A stretch of DNA of 64,000 nucleotides from an uncultured Planctomycetales bacterium. Lineage in GTDB: Bacteria > Omnitrophota > Gorgyraeia > Gygaellales > Profunditerraquicolaceae. Made by a program: the position numbers and the translations under genes. A model generated the notes under the pieces. The model worked only from the letters and a program-made list of their open reading frames with translations. It was not told the origin of the DNA and did not search any database. Location: NCBI GenBank assembly GCA_964427405.1, contig CAYRUB010000001.1:157884-221883 (forward strand). Reading direction: 5' to 3'. How positions within the stretch are numbered: position 1 is the stretch's first letter; each line of letters starts with the position of its first letter. Of this stretch, positions 1-8,158 are shown one piece after another.

Positions 1-926
1 ATAACATAAGCCAACTGAACAAGAAATTTTTCAGCAAGACCTGCGGCAACCATATTCTTAGCAATATAACGGCACATATAAGCCGCGGAACGATCGACTT
101 TTGTCGGGTCCTTCCCTGAAAATGCCCCGCCGCCATGAGCAACGGTTCCGCCGTAGGTATCCACGATTATTTTCCTGCCGGTCATCCCGGTATCGGATTG
201 TGGCCCGCCAATTAAAAACTTACCCGTTTGATTAACATAATATTTTGTATTTTTATCTACTAATCCTTTTAAAATCGGCATAGCGATAACATCAATAAGT
301 TCCTTACGCGCCTTTGGAGTTATAGTTTTTCCCGTTTTATCCAAGATAGTATCTGTATGCTGGCAAGCAAGCACAACCGCGTCTATCCGCTTAGGCTTAC
401 CATCGTGGTATTCTACTGTAATCTGCGACTTGCAATCCGGACCCAGATATTTTAAAATACCGGCTCTGCGCACATCGGCCATGCGTTTTACCAATTTATG
501 CGCAAGCGTTATCGGTAGCGGCATATACTCTTTAGTCTCATTACAGGCATAACCAAACATAATCCCCTGATCTCCTGCCCCTCCGGTATTCACTCCTTGC
601 GCGATATCAGGAGACTGACTATTAATGGTATTAATAATGGCACAGGTTTCATAATCAAAACCGTACTTAGGATGAGTATATCCTATATTCTTGATAATCT
701 CACGGGCAAGCTTTTGGATATTAATATAGGCAGAAGTCGTAATCTCTCCTCCGATGACTAAAAGCCCCATTGTAACGTAAGTCTCACAGGCAACCCTGCT
801 CTTTTCGTTATTAGGATCAAGCTTTAAAACTTCATCTAACACCCCGTCTGATATTTGATCGCATAATTTATCCGGATGTCCTTCCCCAACTGACTCCGAA
901 CTAAAAAAATACTTACGTCTGTCCAT
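1..926 (-). CDS. metK: S-adenosylmethionine synthetase (partial, C-terminus beyond window edge)
   Basis: Reverse-strand translation from ATG at 926 gives [20 protein letters not shown]...[19 protein letters not shown], which are hallmark MetK motifs. No stop before the window edge. Confidence 0.9.
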   Translation of the reverse strand, partial: MDRRKYFFSSESVGEGHPDKLCDQISDGVLDEVLKLDPNNEKSRVACETYVTMGLLVIGGEITTSAYINIQKLAREIIKNIGYTHPKYGFDYETCAIINTINSQSPDIAQGVNTGGAGDQGIMFGYACNETKEYMPLPITLAHKLVKRMADVRRAGILKYLGPDCKSQITVEYHDGKPKRIDAVVLACQHTDTILDKTGKTITPKARKELIDVIAMPILKGLVDKNTKYYVNQTGKFLIGGPQSDTGMTGRKIIVDTYGGTVAHGGGAFSGKDPTKVDRSAAYMCRYIAKNMVAAGLAEKFLVQLAYV

Positions 927-934
927 TAAACCTC

Positions 935-1102
935 CTAAATTGAGATTGCATCATTCGGGCATTGATTCACGCAAGCACCGCATTCCACACAATCATCGTT
1001 GATGACCGCTTTTTCTTTTTCTATTTTTATAGCATTTACAGGGCACATGTCTTTGCACGTGCCACAACCATTGCACTTCTTTTTATCTACTTTCGCCGCC
1101 AT
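935..1102 (-). CDS. 2x[4Fe-4S] ferredoxin
   Basis: Two CxxCxxCxxxCP motifs ([12 protein letters not shown] and [12 protein letters not shown]). The internal ATG at 1102 has an AAGGAG RBS 8 nt upstream, so it is preferred over the ORF-track start at 1144. Confidence 0.75.
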   Translation of the reverse strand: MAAKVDKKKCNGCGTCKDMCPVNAIKIEKEKAVINDDCVECGACVNQCPNDAISI

Positions 1103-1165
1103 AGCCGCTCCTTGCCTACATAGACAATACCCCCGCAATTCCAATTAGCGCGGCGTGTCTCGTTA

Positions 1166-1543
1166 TTACTTTTTCTTATTCGGCATTCCAGAATGCGAAC
1201 CTACGCTTGGACCGGAAACTGCCTTAAATTCTCCTTTTCTGTATTTCTCAATTGCCTCCTTTACCGTACCTGATGCACCGGTGAAAATTTCTATCCCTGC
1301 CACCTGTAATGTCTGAAAGGCATTAGGACCAACATTGCCCGTAACTACCGCCTTAACTTGTTTAGAGCTGACTAACTGCGCCGATTGAATTCCCGCGCCT
1401 CCCATAGATTCGATATTCGGATTTACAATAGCTTCAAATTCTAAAGTATCGGTATCAGCAATAATAAAATATTGACACCTGCCGAATCGCGGATCTACCT
1501 TAGAATCTAAACTACCGCCTTCTGAAGTAATACATATTTTCAT
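1166..1543 (-). CDS. NifX/NifB-like dinitrogenase FeMo-cofactor-binding domain protein
   Basis: 125 aa. MKICITSEGGSLDSKVDPRFGRC...AVVTGNVGPNA matches the family pattern. GGGAGGTGA RBS upstream. Confidence 0.65.
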   Translation of the reverse strand: MKICITSEGGSLDSKVDPRFGRCQYFIIADTDTLEFEAIVNPNIESMGGAGIQSAQLVSSKQVKAVVTGNVGPNAFQTLQVAGIEIFTGASGTVKEAIEKYRKGEFKAVSGPSVGSHSGMPNKKK

Positions 1544-1956
1544 ATATTCTCACCTCCCGAATGATCACATTCCTCTTTATGAGGGTGATCACATTCTCCT
1601 TTTTCTAAACCATAGCCTTTACCTGCTCCAGGTTTACAAAGGCTCTCGCCGCCTTCTAAGGTGCCTTTTTTAAGCTGTTCTACCACATCATCAATCTTAC
1701 CGCTTACCCCTACAATCGTCTTGATGCTATATTCCTCAAAAAATGAGGTTGCCCGCATTCCCATACCTCCGGCAACAATACAATTTACGCCTTTTTTATG
1801 TAAAAATTCAGGGATTGCGCCCGGTTGATGCCCGGGATTTGCCACTTCCGTCCTCTTAATTACCTTGCCATTTTCGATATCAACGAGGATAAAAGAAGGG
1901 CATCGGCCAAAATGGGCTGATACAAACTCTCCATCACTAGATATAGCTACACGCAT
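1540..1956 (-). CDS. NifX/NifB-like FeMo-cofactor-binding domain protein with Cys/His-rich tail
   Basis: MRVAISSDGEFVSAHFGRCPSF...CIVAGGMG is a paralogue of the neighbouring gene. AAAGGAG RBS upstream. 4-nt overlap with the downstream gene. Confidence 0.65.
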   Translation of the reverse strand: MRVAISSDGEFVSAHFGRCPSFILVDIENGKVIKRTEVANPGHQPGAIPEFLHKKGVNCIVAGGMGMRATSFFEEYSIKTIVGVSGKIDDVVEQLKKGTLEGGESLCKPGAGKGYGLEKGECDHPHKEECDHSGGENI

Positions 1957-2026
1957 AATCGCTCCTTTTTAATAAGCTGAAATAAAGGAATAAAAATTAA
2001 ACTCTATTCCCTCACCCCATACTAAC

Positions 2027-2539
2027 TTACTCACTTTTCCCTACCTGTGTTTTTTCCAAAATTTCAATACGGCCTTGAATATCCTCAAGCTGCTTTTTTA
2101 TAACATCCGCCTGCTTTTTTAAGATATCCGCCTCTTGTTTTGGAGTCACTTCTGGCGCATAAAGATACTCCCCGCCAAACGCAGGCATCCCTATCGTAGC
2201 TCTTTGCCATCCAGGAAGTCCAGTAGCGTAAAACCAATTTCTCCTGCCTCTACCACCTCCGCGGCCAAAGAATCCTCTACCCATACCAACATAACCTCTG
2301 CCAAAAATCGGATTCATATAACCGGGAGCATTGTATCCAGCGCAAAAACCCGCTGATCTTCCAGTCGTCGGGCCTAAACCCATAGGTCCAGTTCCATCTC
2401 CTCTAGGCATATCAAACACCCCCTTTCCTGTATTATTAATTTCCATATTATTAGAATCTAATTTCACGATACAATAACCCATACCGCGTCCTGTCATTAA
2501 TCCTTGTCCTCTCGGACCCCTTCCATCAAACCCAGGCAT
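2027..2539 (-). CDS. DUF5320 family Gly/Arg-rich protein with C-terminal coiled coil
   Basis: N-terminal MPGFDGRGPRGQGLMTGRGMGYC and repeated GRG motifs. This family commonly co-occurs with NifX-like/ferredoxin genes. Confidence 0.6.
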   Translation of the reverse strand: MPGFDGRGPRGQGLMTGRGMGYCIVKLDSNNMEINNTGKGVFDMPRGDGTGPMGLGPTTGRSAGFCAGYNAPGYMNPIFGRGYVGMGRGFFGRGGGRGRRNWFYATGLPGWQRATIGMPAFGGEYLYAPEVTPKQEADILKKQADVIKKQLEDIQGRIEILEKTQVGKSE

Positions 2540-2559
2540 AGCCGTTACCTCCTTTATTC

Positions 2560-2578
2560 TTAATGAAAATCATTTCCA
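2560..2578 (-). promoter_or_regulatory. Fur-box-like inverted repeat upstream of DUF5320 operon
   Basis: TTAATGAAAATCATTTCCA, with AATGA..TCATT arms, sits immediately upstream of the RBS. A near-identical site lies upstream of fur. Confidence 0.4.
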
Positions 2579-2602
2579 TTATTAGAGAAAAAAATATAGC
2601 GG

Positions 2603-3076
2603 TTATTTCTTTCCCCTACATTTGTCACATAAACCGTAGAATTGAATAAGATGATTGGTGATTTTAAAGTTATATTTCTGCCCCAATCCCTTTTCTGTCT
2701 GATTAAGCAGCTCAACTTCCTCATCAATAAAATCAGTATAGTCAATCACCTTATTACATTGCGTACATACCAAGTGATGGTGATGATGCGTTCCTTTAGG
2801 GCCTTCGGCAAATTCATATCGTGCCCGGCCATCTCCAAAATCAAGCTTATAGACCATGCCGAGGTTTGATAATACATCCAACGTCCGGTAAACAGTAGTC
2901 AGTCCTACGCTGGGATACTTTGGATGGAGCTTCATATATATATCTTCGGCGCTCAAGTGGCCTTCGGTTTTAGACATAATATCGAGGATGGCATCCCTGC
3001 CAACAGTAAGCCTATACCCACAGCCTCTGAATTTTCCGTGCCACCACCCCTGTCCTCTACATTCGCCTCTTGGCAT
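2603..3076 (-). CDS. fur: Fur family transcriptional regulator (Fur/Zur/PerR)
   Basis: 157 aa. DNA-binding helix RDAILDIM...SAEDIY, GLTTVYRTL, HHHHHLVCTQC and C-terminal CDKC metal sites. Confidence 0.8.
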   Translation of the reverse strand: MPRGECRGQGWWHGKFRGCGYRLTVGRDAILDIMSKTEGHLSAEDIYMKLHPKYPSVGLTTVYRTLDVLSNLGMVYKLDFGDGRARYEFAEGPKGTHHHHHLVCTQCNKVIDYTDFIDEEVELLNQTEKGLGQKYNFKITNHLIQFYGLCDKCRGKK

Positions 3077-3084
3077 ATATCTCC

Positions 3085-3103
3085 TTAATGAAAATGATTT
3101 CCA
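3085..3103 (-). promoter_or_regulatory. Fur-box-like autoregulatory site in the fur promoter
   Basis: TTAATGAAAATGATTTCCA lies between a TTGACA-17-TATATT promoter (about 3110-3136) and the fur RBS. It is a 19-mer almost identical to the one at 2560-2578. Confidence 0.45.
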
Positions 3104-3150
3104 GTTTCAAATATACACTATACTGCTATTCTTGTCAAGCTTTTTCTTAT

Positions 3151-3492
3151 CTAATGTTCGCTTGGCAGTATTAAGACGCCATTTTCGAACCATAGATCAA
3201 TCTTATTTATCGGAAAATCCGTCCACTCAATCTTCTCCCGATAGAGCTCATGGTAATTGCCGTCCTCGCACACCAGGACTGCCGATCTATCCTCATTGAC
3301 CTCAAGCTTCCAGGTGCCGAATTCCTGTAAGTTCTTTTTCGCTCTTGTCGTGAGTAGTATCTTATCAATTAGCCAATATGCGCCGCCCACTTGCGCGACG
3401 TATTGAACCCCATCGGTGTAAAGATATCCGCTTAGATGTTTGTACCAATGCTCTGTGCCGCTAAATTGCCTTAATTCATTTACCGTTAACAT
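3151..3492 (-). CDS. DUF6876-like protein (plasmid leading-region-type small protein)
   Basis: Start at MLTVNELRQFSGTEHWY..., which has an AAGGAGGG RBS and the TEHWY/LYTDGV/GAYWL pattern recalled for DUF6876. The ORF-track N-terminal extension is rejected. Confidence 0.4.
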   Translation of the reverse strand: MLTVNELRQFSGTEHWYKHLSGYLYTDGVQYVAQVGGAYWLIDKILLTTRAKKNLQEFGTWKLEVNEDRSAVLVCEDGNYHELYREKIEWTDFPINKIDLWFENGVLILPSEH

Positions 3493-3704
3493 TTTAAACC
3501 CTCCTTGGTAATACAGGAAAAATAGCAGTTCCTGCAATCGTTATTATTTTCACTTGAGCATTTCTCACAAATAGGATCTTTGTCCATAGAAGCTATAGAT
3601 CGTAGCAACAGCTTCTCAACCACCACAGTCATTGGCCTTCCCTGTGCCTGCTTTAACCTATAAAGTGTCTTAATCATTGTTTCGCTTAATATTGGGCTAT
3701 ACAT
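3486..3704 (-). CDS. hypothetical small Cys-rich protein
   Basis: 72 aa, GGAGG RBS, CxxC...CxxC pairs (CEKC, CRNC). Tightly packed with flanking small genes. Confidence 0.3.
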   Translation of the reverse strand: MYSPILSETMIKTLYRLKQAQGRPMTVVVEKLLLRSIASMDKDPICEKCSSENNNDCRNCYFSCITKEGLKC

Positions 3705-3826
3705 TCTTGCCTCGCCTCCTCTGGTTTGCCTGCAACCTCAACCCATAACACGCCATCAATTACCACCCAATCCTGGATTTCGCTCCAGCTTGTTTCCTTC
3801 GTTAATTTGTCCTTTTGTATCCACAT
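3686..3826 (-). CDS. hypothetical 46-aa protein
   Basis: ATG at 3826 preceded by an AGGAGG RBS (MWIQKDKLTKETSWSEIQDWVVIDG...). Below the ORF-track size cutoff. Overlaps the start of the neighbouring gene. Confidence 0.2.
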   Translation of the reverse strand: MWIQKDKLTKETSWSEIQDWVVIDGVLWVEVAGKPEEARQECIAQY

Positions 3827-3839
3827 TTTTCTATTCCTC

Positions 3840-4043
3840 CTATTCTTCGTTAGGAAACATCATCGTAATGACGCCTCCATCGTTTACTACCCAAACCTCT
3901 ACTCCGGCAAACCAGAAAACCTGTAAACTAAGCAGGCTTGGATCATGTTCTTTTCTTGCGTCAACCTGCTGCCAGATTCGTTCAATCTGACCCATGGTTA
4001 ACCTTTCCGATACTTGATCTGTAATCTTTTTGATTTCCTGCAT
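3840..4043 (-). CDS. hypothetical protein (translationally coupled, TAATG overlap)
   Basis: 67 aa. Its ATG overlaps the stop of the upstream gene. GGGAGGTGA RBS. Confidence 0.35.
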   Translation of the reverse strand: MQEIKKITDQVSERLTMGQIERIWQQVDARKEHDPSLLSLQVFWFAGVEVWVVNDGGVITMMFPNEE

Positions 4044-4336
4044 TAGAAATCACCTCCCTCATCAAGCAAATCCTGATGCTTCTCAACAAAAGATTCTAAA
4101 GTTTCAGAACCATTTGGTTTAAAGCCTTTAGCCATAAGTTTATAAACGTTCTTCATTAGATTTCTTTCTTCCCAGAGAGCGGATAAGCCGAATGCCTGCT
4201 CCGGAAGATCCTCTTGATACGTTCTGTATTGAGAATCTCGGCTGCTTTGATACCTTTCCATACAGGCATCCGCGCGTAAGACCCCATCCTCAAATTTTTC
4301 GTTTTTCTTTAGTATTTCTTTTTTTACTTGGCTCAT
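4043..4336 (-). CDS. hypothetical protein, first gene behind leader copy 1 (starts MSQVK)
   Basis: Start at 4336 is fixed by conservation of GGAGG-N5-ATGAGCCAAGTAAAA with the copy at 8158. The upstream part of the 172-aa ORF-track entry is leader, not coding. Confidence 0.45.
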   Translation of the reverse strand: MSQVKKEILKKNEKFEDGVLRADACMERYQSSRDSQYRTYQEDLPEQAFGLSALWEERNLMKNVYKLMAKGFKPNGSETLESFVEKHQDLLDEGGDF

Positions 4337-4700
4337 GTGAGCCTCCTTTCTTTTGACGCCTAAAAATCCAAGCCCAATGATTTGAAGTGATTTCTGAGGC
4401 AAACCACAGAAATCACGGTCTTTTGTCAAGAAAACAGGTAAGCCCGAAAGGAGCGAGCGATAAGCGAGAGAGTTTCCTGGAGTCCTTGAGAAAAATTGAG
4501 ACTCCCCGAAGGGGCAGAATGCTTCTGATACCTTGCATCTTGAGGCAGACCACAAGTGCAAGGTAGAGATGAATTATTCTCAAGGATTTTCTTGCACAAA
4601 AGTCAATCTTGGGCTATTTTTACGGCGGAGAAGAAGAAAGAGGCGTAACTTGAAGACAAAGAAAAACAGAAAAGAAAATTTGAGGATGGAGAGAAAAGCG
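4337..4700 (-). promoter_or_regulatory. structured ~360-nt leader element, copy 1 (novel; RNA leader or ssDNA-promoter-like)
   Basis: About 80% identical to 8159-8525. Hairpins at 4387-4416 and 4529-4565 have stems that differ from copy 2 but stay perfectly paired, with a conserved loop TGG(T/G)(T/C)TGCCT. The 5' segment (about 4634-4643) is complementary to the RBS (4342-4354). Confidence 0.5.
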
Positions 4701-4754
4701 CGGAACCGTGGAAAGGCTGGAATTCTTAGCTATCCGCTCTCTGAAACGCTGCCT

Positions 4755-4949
4755 TTATTTGGGCTGATTTAAAATTTTCTTATTTTCAAACCCCTTTGCC
4801 CGGTATTCGATTATGTGGTAATGAATTGAGCCTTCTGCATCAACGTATCCAAGCGTTATATCAGCCATTTTGATATCGCTGTCCAAAGTCAAGTCATCGA
4901 AGTTTTTAATCTGCCTGTGTAATTCCCTGAACCAGTTATCGACTTTCAT
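4755..4949 (-). CDS. hypothetical protein
   Basis: 64-aa ORF with an AAAGGACGGG RBS. Lies between leader copy 1 and IR-L. Confidence 0.3.
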   Translation of the reverse strand: MKVDNWFRELHRQIKNFDDLTLDSDIKMADITLGYVDAEGSIHYHIIEYRAKGFENKKILNQPK

Positions 4950-4990
4950 ATTTCCCGTCCTTTCTTTTAATTAACTTCTTAAAATTATCT

Positions 4991-5136
4991 ATTACCCCCA
5001 AGCACTTAAAGCTCACGGCGGGCGGTGGCCTACGAGGCGCCTTTTTCAACAACCCTCTCGAAGGCTACCGCACGCCAGTCCCAATCAAAATCCACCAAAC
5101 CACCCAACCAACAAAACCCTTTAATCAGGGCGGGGC
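4991..5136. repeat. 146-bp perfect inverted repeat, left copy (IR-L)
   Basis: Base-for-base reverse complement of 39534-39679. About 55% GC in a ~40% GC context. Ends 19 bp from the JAB gene stop. Confidence 0.9.
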
Positions 5137-5155
5137 GAATTTAGCTAAACTATAC

Positions 5156-5962
5156 TTAGCTTCCGGCTGGTATTTGCAGGCGTCCTTTCTCTTCCGGGTA
5201 ATTCTTGACGTATTTTGCTATTTTTTCGCAGGAAGAACATATATCAGCTCCATTGCAGACTTCGCAAAAAGGAAGCACTCCCTGGATATTTAAGCCAGCA
5301 GTTTGCTTGCAGGTCTTACATTTGAAAGTTTCACACGCCTGACAAGCCAAATACGGCATACCCATGTGAGGACAATTTTCACAATCAGCTGTTTGGCAAA
5401 ATTCACAGGGATTTTCCTCATCTTCAAATTGTGAAGATGCCTCCGGCAATAGCTCTCTTGTTCTTTCGCTTATCTTTGAAAGATCAATCCCGGGCAGTTC
5501 AATTAATTGAAGCTGAATTTTTATATAGCCAAAACCATTACAGGGGAGTTTTATCCTTTTCGTGGCAATGCTGCCTTTTGCATTAGCGATGACGATGCTA
5601 TAAGTATAGAGATTTCTGGCATGGGCGTCGTCTTGCGATGAATGGAACGCCCCCATATCATGGTGCGAATGGATTATCCCGTCTCCTCCTAATTCCTCTT
5701 TGAATTCGCAGTCAACTGAACCTACTTCCTGCTTTGGGATCTTGAAGCTGGTTATGGTGTTATCTTTCACCCAGAATACCGCGCCCCACTCCTTATCCCC
5801 CATGCGCTGGCTGATATAAGTCCATTGACTCCAGATACTCCAGGGTATATTTAGGGTTTCTTTATGGTCATGGTCGCTGCAAAAGCCGCATTCACCGTAA
5901 TTCTTTATCTTTACATCTAAAATATTGCTTCTCTTTTCTGTAGCTTGCTCTAAAGTAAACAT
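5156..5962 (-). CDS. JAB/JAMM (MPN+) metallopeptidase with C-terminal multi-CxxC zinc ribbons
   Basis: HSHHDMGAFHSSQDD matches the JAMM motif HxHx7Sx2D exactly. The tail carries more than 6 CxxC pairs (CEFC, CENC, CQAC, CKTC, CEVC, CSSC). Confidence 0.8.
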   Translation of the reverse strand: MFTLEQATEKRSNILDVKIKNYGECGFCSDHDHKETLNIPWSIWSQWTYISQRMGDKEWGAVFWVKDNTITSFKIPKQEVGSVDCEFKEELGGDGIIHSHHDMGAFHSSQDDAHARNLYTYSIVIANAKGSIATKRIKLPCNGFGYIKIQLQLIELPGIDLSKISERTRELLPEASSQFEDEENPCEFCQTADCENCPHMGMPYLACQACETFKCKTCKQTAGLNIQGVLPFCEVCNGADICSSCEKIAKYVKNYPEEKGRLQIPAGS

Positions 5963-5963
5963 T

Positions 5964-6890
5964 TTATTTCCCTCCTTTCGCTTTTAGCCATTTTTTAAGG
6001 GCTTCCAACAGTTTTGAATCGGTGATTTCTCCTGTTTCAATCTCACAAATTATCCAGTCATATTCATTATTCTTTGCTTTTTCTTTTATATCTTTTATCT
6101 CATCATCGCTGTAATGTTCATCACAATCAGGGCAGTATCCGTAATCAGAGCCGTCAGGATCAATCCTTGAGCAGTCTTCACAGTAACCATAACTGTCAGG
6201 TATGTGTTCTTCGATGTTATCCAGGATGTTTCCTTCGCCTTCGTTTCTTGCGTCATCTAGGATTTTGGGGCAGATATGAGTTGAGTGCTGGATATGAAGT
6301 TTTCCCAGATCATCCATAAGGCAAAGTTCCTTGTATGCCCTTGAGGATATTCCTGCCGCAGCTGCAAGCACTGCCGGTATTACCCAGGAAGGCGTTACTG
6401 TATAACCCTGTTCTTCTTCTGCATCCTTCAAGGAAAGCGGGAATGTCTTTGAGACATTCAAGATTGTACCGTCATAGCCTATTCTCTGGTAGTTAAGATC
6501 ATTCTTCTTGCAGAAAGCACATATTATCTGCTGGCTTTTTAAATTATCCGTGCAGCAGAATATGTCGCCTCGCAAAATCTGGCAGTCTATTGGCTTTTCA
6601 ATACGTGAATCCTGAATCTCAATCCTTATTCCTTTTCTCACCTGGCAGATGAGTTCTTTCAAGGCTTCCGCTTTCTTTTTGCCGACAGCTTTTTCTTCTA
6701 AGAGAAGCCTGTTCAAGTTGGATACTTCAACTATGTCAGAATCAATTAAAATCAACTCTTCTACTCCTGACATAGCAAGAAGAAGCGCAGTCCAGAAGCC
6801 TGTCCCGCCACAACCGACAATTGAGGCGATTTGCGGAATATTTAAACCTTCTACTAAGTTCTGTCTTTCGTAAATAGCAAGTTCTGGCAT
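5964..6890 (-). CDS. ThiF/MoeB-type E1-like adenylyltransferase
   Basis: IVGCGGTGFWTALLLAMSGVEELILIDSDIVEVSNLNRL is the Rossmann/adenylation motif. C-terminal CEDC...CPDC zinc site. No rhodanese domain. Confidence 0.85.
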   Translation of the reverse strand: MPELAIYERQNLVEGLNIPQIASIVGCGGTGFWTALLLAMSGVEELILIDSDIVEVSNLNRLLLEEKAVGKKKAEALKELICQVRKGIRIEIQDSRIEKPIDCQILRGDIFCCTDNLKSQQIICAFCKKNDLNYQRIGYDGTILNVSKTFPLSLKDAEEEQGYTVTPSWVIPAVLAAAAGISSRAYKELCLMDDLGKLHIQHSTHICPKILDDARNEGEGNILDNIEEHIPDSYGYCEDCSRIDPDGSDYGYCPDCDEHYSDDEIKDIKEKAKNNEYDWIICEIETGEITDSKLLEALKKWLKAKGGK

Positions 6891-6902
6891 ATTTCTTCTC
6901 TC

Positions 6903-7499
6903 CTATATGATTGACTCAATTAAACCCTCATCGCTTAATTCTTTGAATTTGCACAACACATCTTTGTCTTTATTTGACAAAATGTTCCAAAGAGTTGAGT
7001 ATGTCTTAGGCAGGATCACAGTACCCAAAGATTCAAGGTTTATAACCCGGAACGACTTGATTATTTTTAGACAGGCTTCCTTTAAAAGCCCTAAGGATTC
7101 AGGATTAAGGTATTGGATTTCACCGGTGCAGATGGTGTGCCCCTTATCGGTCAATCCAAGATAGTGAAAACCTATCTCCGGTTCTGATACAAAAGCTATA
7201 AAGCAGCCTCTCTGGTCATAGATGCCGTAAATCTTAAAGGGATAGTATTTGATAGGCGTCTTTAGAAAATAGGTTTTATCCTTATAATAAAGCTTGTCTA
7301 TAAGCAGGAGGCCAGAATAGCCCTCTATAAGCATATCGTCTTCCTTTATCATGCAGCTATAGCCTCCGGTAAAGGGAACCGTAAAGATGCCTTCCTTCAG
7401 GCCTTGGACAAATTCCCGCCAAGAGGTATCAATTTTTTCGATAAGGGTTGATTTCTTTTTAGCTTTAACGATCAATTCTGTATCCATCATTGCTTTCAA
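6903..7499 (-). CDS. putative E2-like (UBC-fold) protein
   Basis: 198 aa between the Ubl and E1 genes. HYLGLTDKGHTICTGE resembles the E2 H-x-N...G-x-I-C active-site region. AAAGGAG RBS. The assignment rests on motif and position only. Confidence 0.35.
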   Translation of the reverse strand: MKAMMDTELIVKAKKKSTLIEKIDTSWREFVQGLKEGIFTVPFTGGYSCMIKEDDMLIEGYSGLLLIDKLYYKDKTYFLKTPIKYYPFKIYGIYDQRGCFIAFVSEPEIGFHYLGLTDKGHTICTGEIQYLNPESLGLLKEACLKIIKSFRVINLESLGTVILPKTYSTLWNILSNKDKDVLCKFKELSDEGLIESII

Positions 7500-7560
7500 G
7501 CTCCTTTAAGCTTTAAGAGAGGGAGAAAAAGTTTCTCTCCCTCTCTTTTTAGCTTTTTTT

Positions 7561-7797
7561 CTAGCCGCCTGCTTTGACGTATCTTTCCACTTCGATATCG
7601 TGGCCGTCAAAGGTCGCAGGCAGGTTGTCGGTAGAGGTAACCTCTTCGCCGTCTACCAAGATGGTAAAGGAGTCAATGCCTTTTTCCTGCAAGAGGCGGG
7701 TTAAGGTGTCCTTTACGGCATCGCCCTTTTTTACCTCGAGCTCTTCTCCTGCTATTGTTATCTTTGTCTTTTCGTTTTTCAGTTCGTTTAAGTTCAT
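7561..7797 (-). CDS. ThiS/MoaD-like ubiquitin-like beta-grasp protein ending in Gly-Gly
   Basis: 78 aa. ...ILVDGEEV...FDGHDIEVERYVKAGG* has the typical ThiS/Ubl core and a C-terminal diglycine immediately before the stop. Confidence 0.7.
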   Translation of the reverse strand: MNLNELKNEKTKITIAGEELEVKKGDAVKDTLTRLLQEKGIDSFTILVDGEEVTSTDNLPATFDGHDIEVERYVKAGG

Positions 7798-7855
7798 TTT
7801 GTTCTGTCTTTCTCCCCGTATAGCCGATAGGACAGCTTTTAATTTTTAAATTCTT

Positions 7856-8158
7856 TTAAGCCTGGTAGGCTGCAAGAACCACTTCTTGCAATTCATTTTT
7901 TGCCTCAGGCGTTAAGAATTGGACGGTATCGTAATACTTACCGTCGCCAGCTAAATGGGATGGCATAGCTGCGAACAGCCCGCCCTCTTTTTTAGCCATG
8001 ACCCTGATGCCTTTGATTAAAACCGCGTCAGCGACTTTAATGTCAACAAAGGCCTTCAGGGAGCTTTCGTCTTTTTCGACTTTATAAACTCTGGCCACTT
8101 CAATCATGGTTTTCACCTCCTTTCGATTTGTTTTTTGTTTTGTTTTTACTTGGCTCAT
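7856..8158 (-). CDS. SpoVG-like protein, first gene behind leader copy 2 (starts MSQVK)
   Basis: IRVMAKKEGGLFAAMPSHLAGDGKYYDTVQF resembles the SpoVG core (IRVIDG..GLFVAMPS..DG..RDI..P). The N-terminal 17 aa are an extension that begins with the leader-encoded MSQVK. Confidence 0.55.
   Translation of the reverse strand: MSQVKTKQKTNRKEVKTMIEVARVYKVEKDESSLKAFVDIKVADAVLIKGIRVMAKKEGGLFAAMPSHLAGDGKYYDTVQFLTPEAKNELQEVVLAAYQA

Noticed and set aside
4337-4561. Upstream part of the 172-aa ORF (MHLWSASRCK...) preceding MSQVK
   Set aside because: It lies within the conserved leader, where the second copy (8159-8525) has no matching ORF. The conserved RBS+ATG defines the real start at 4336.
5156-7797. 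Interpreting Ubl/E1/JAB as a CysO-MoeZ-Mec+ type sulfur-carrier (cysteine or thio-cofactor) pathway
   Set aside because: I kept this as a refutation condition rather than adopting it. The E1 lacks a rhodanese domain. An extra E2-like gene is present. The JAB carries large zinc-ribbon extensions. The locus sits in a mobile defence context rather than with cysM or thiazole genes.
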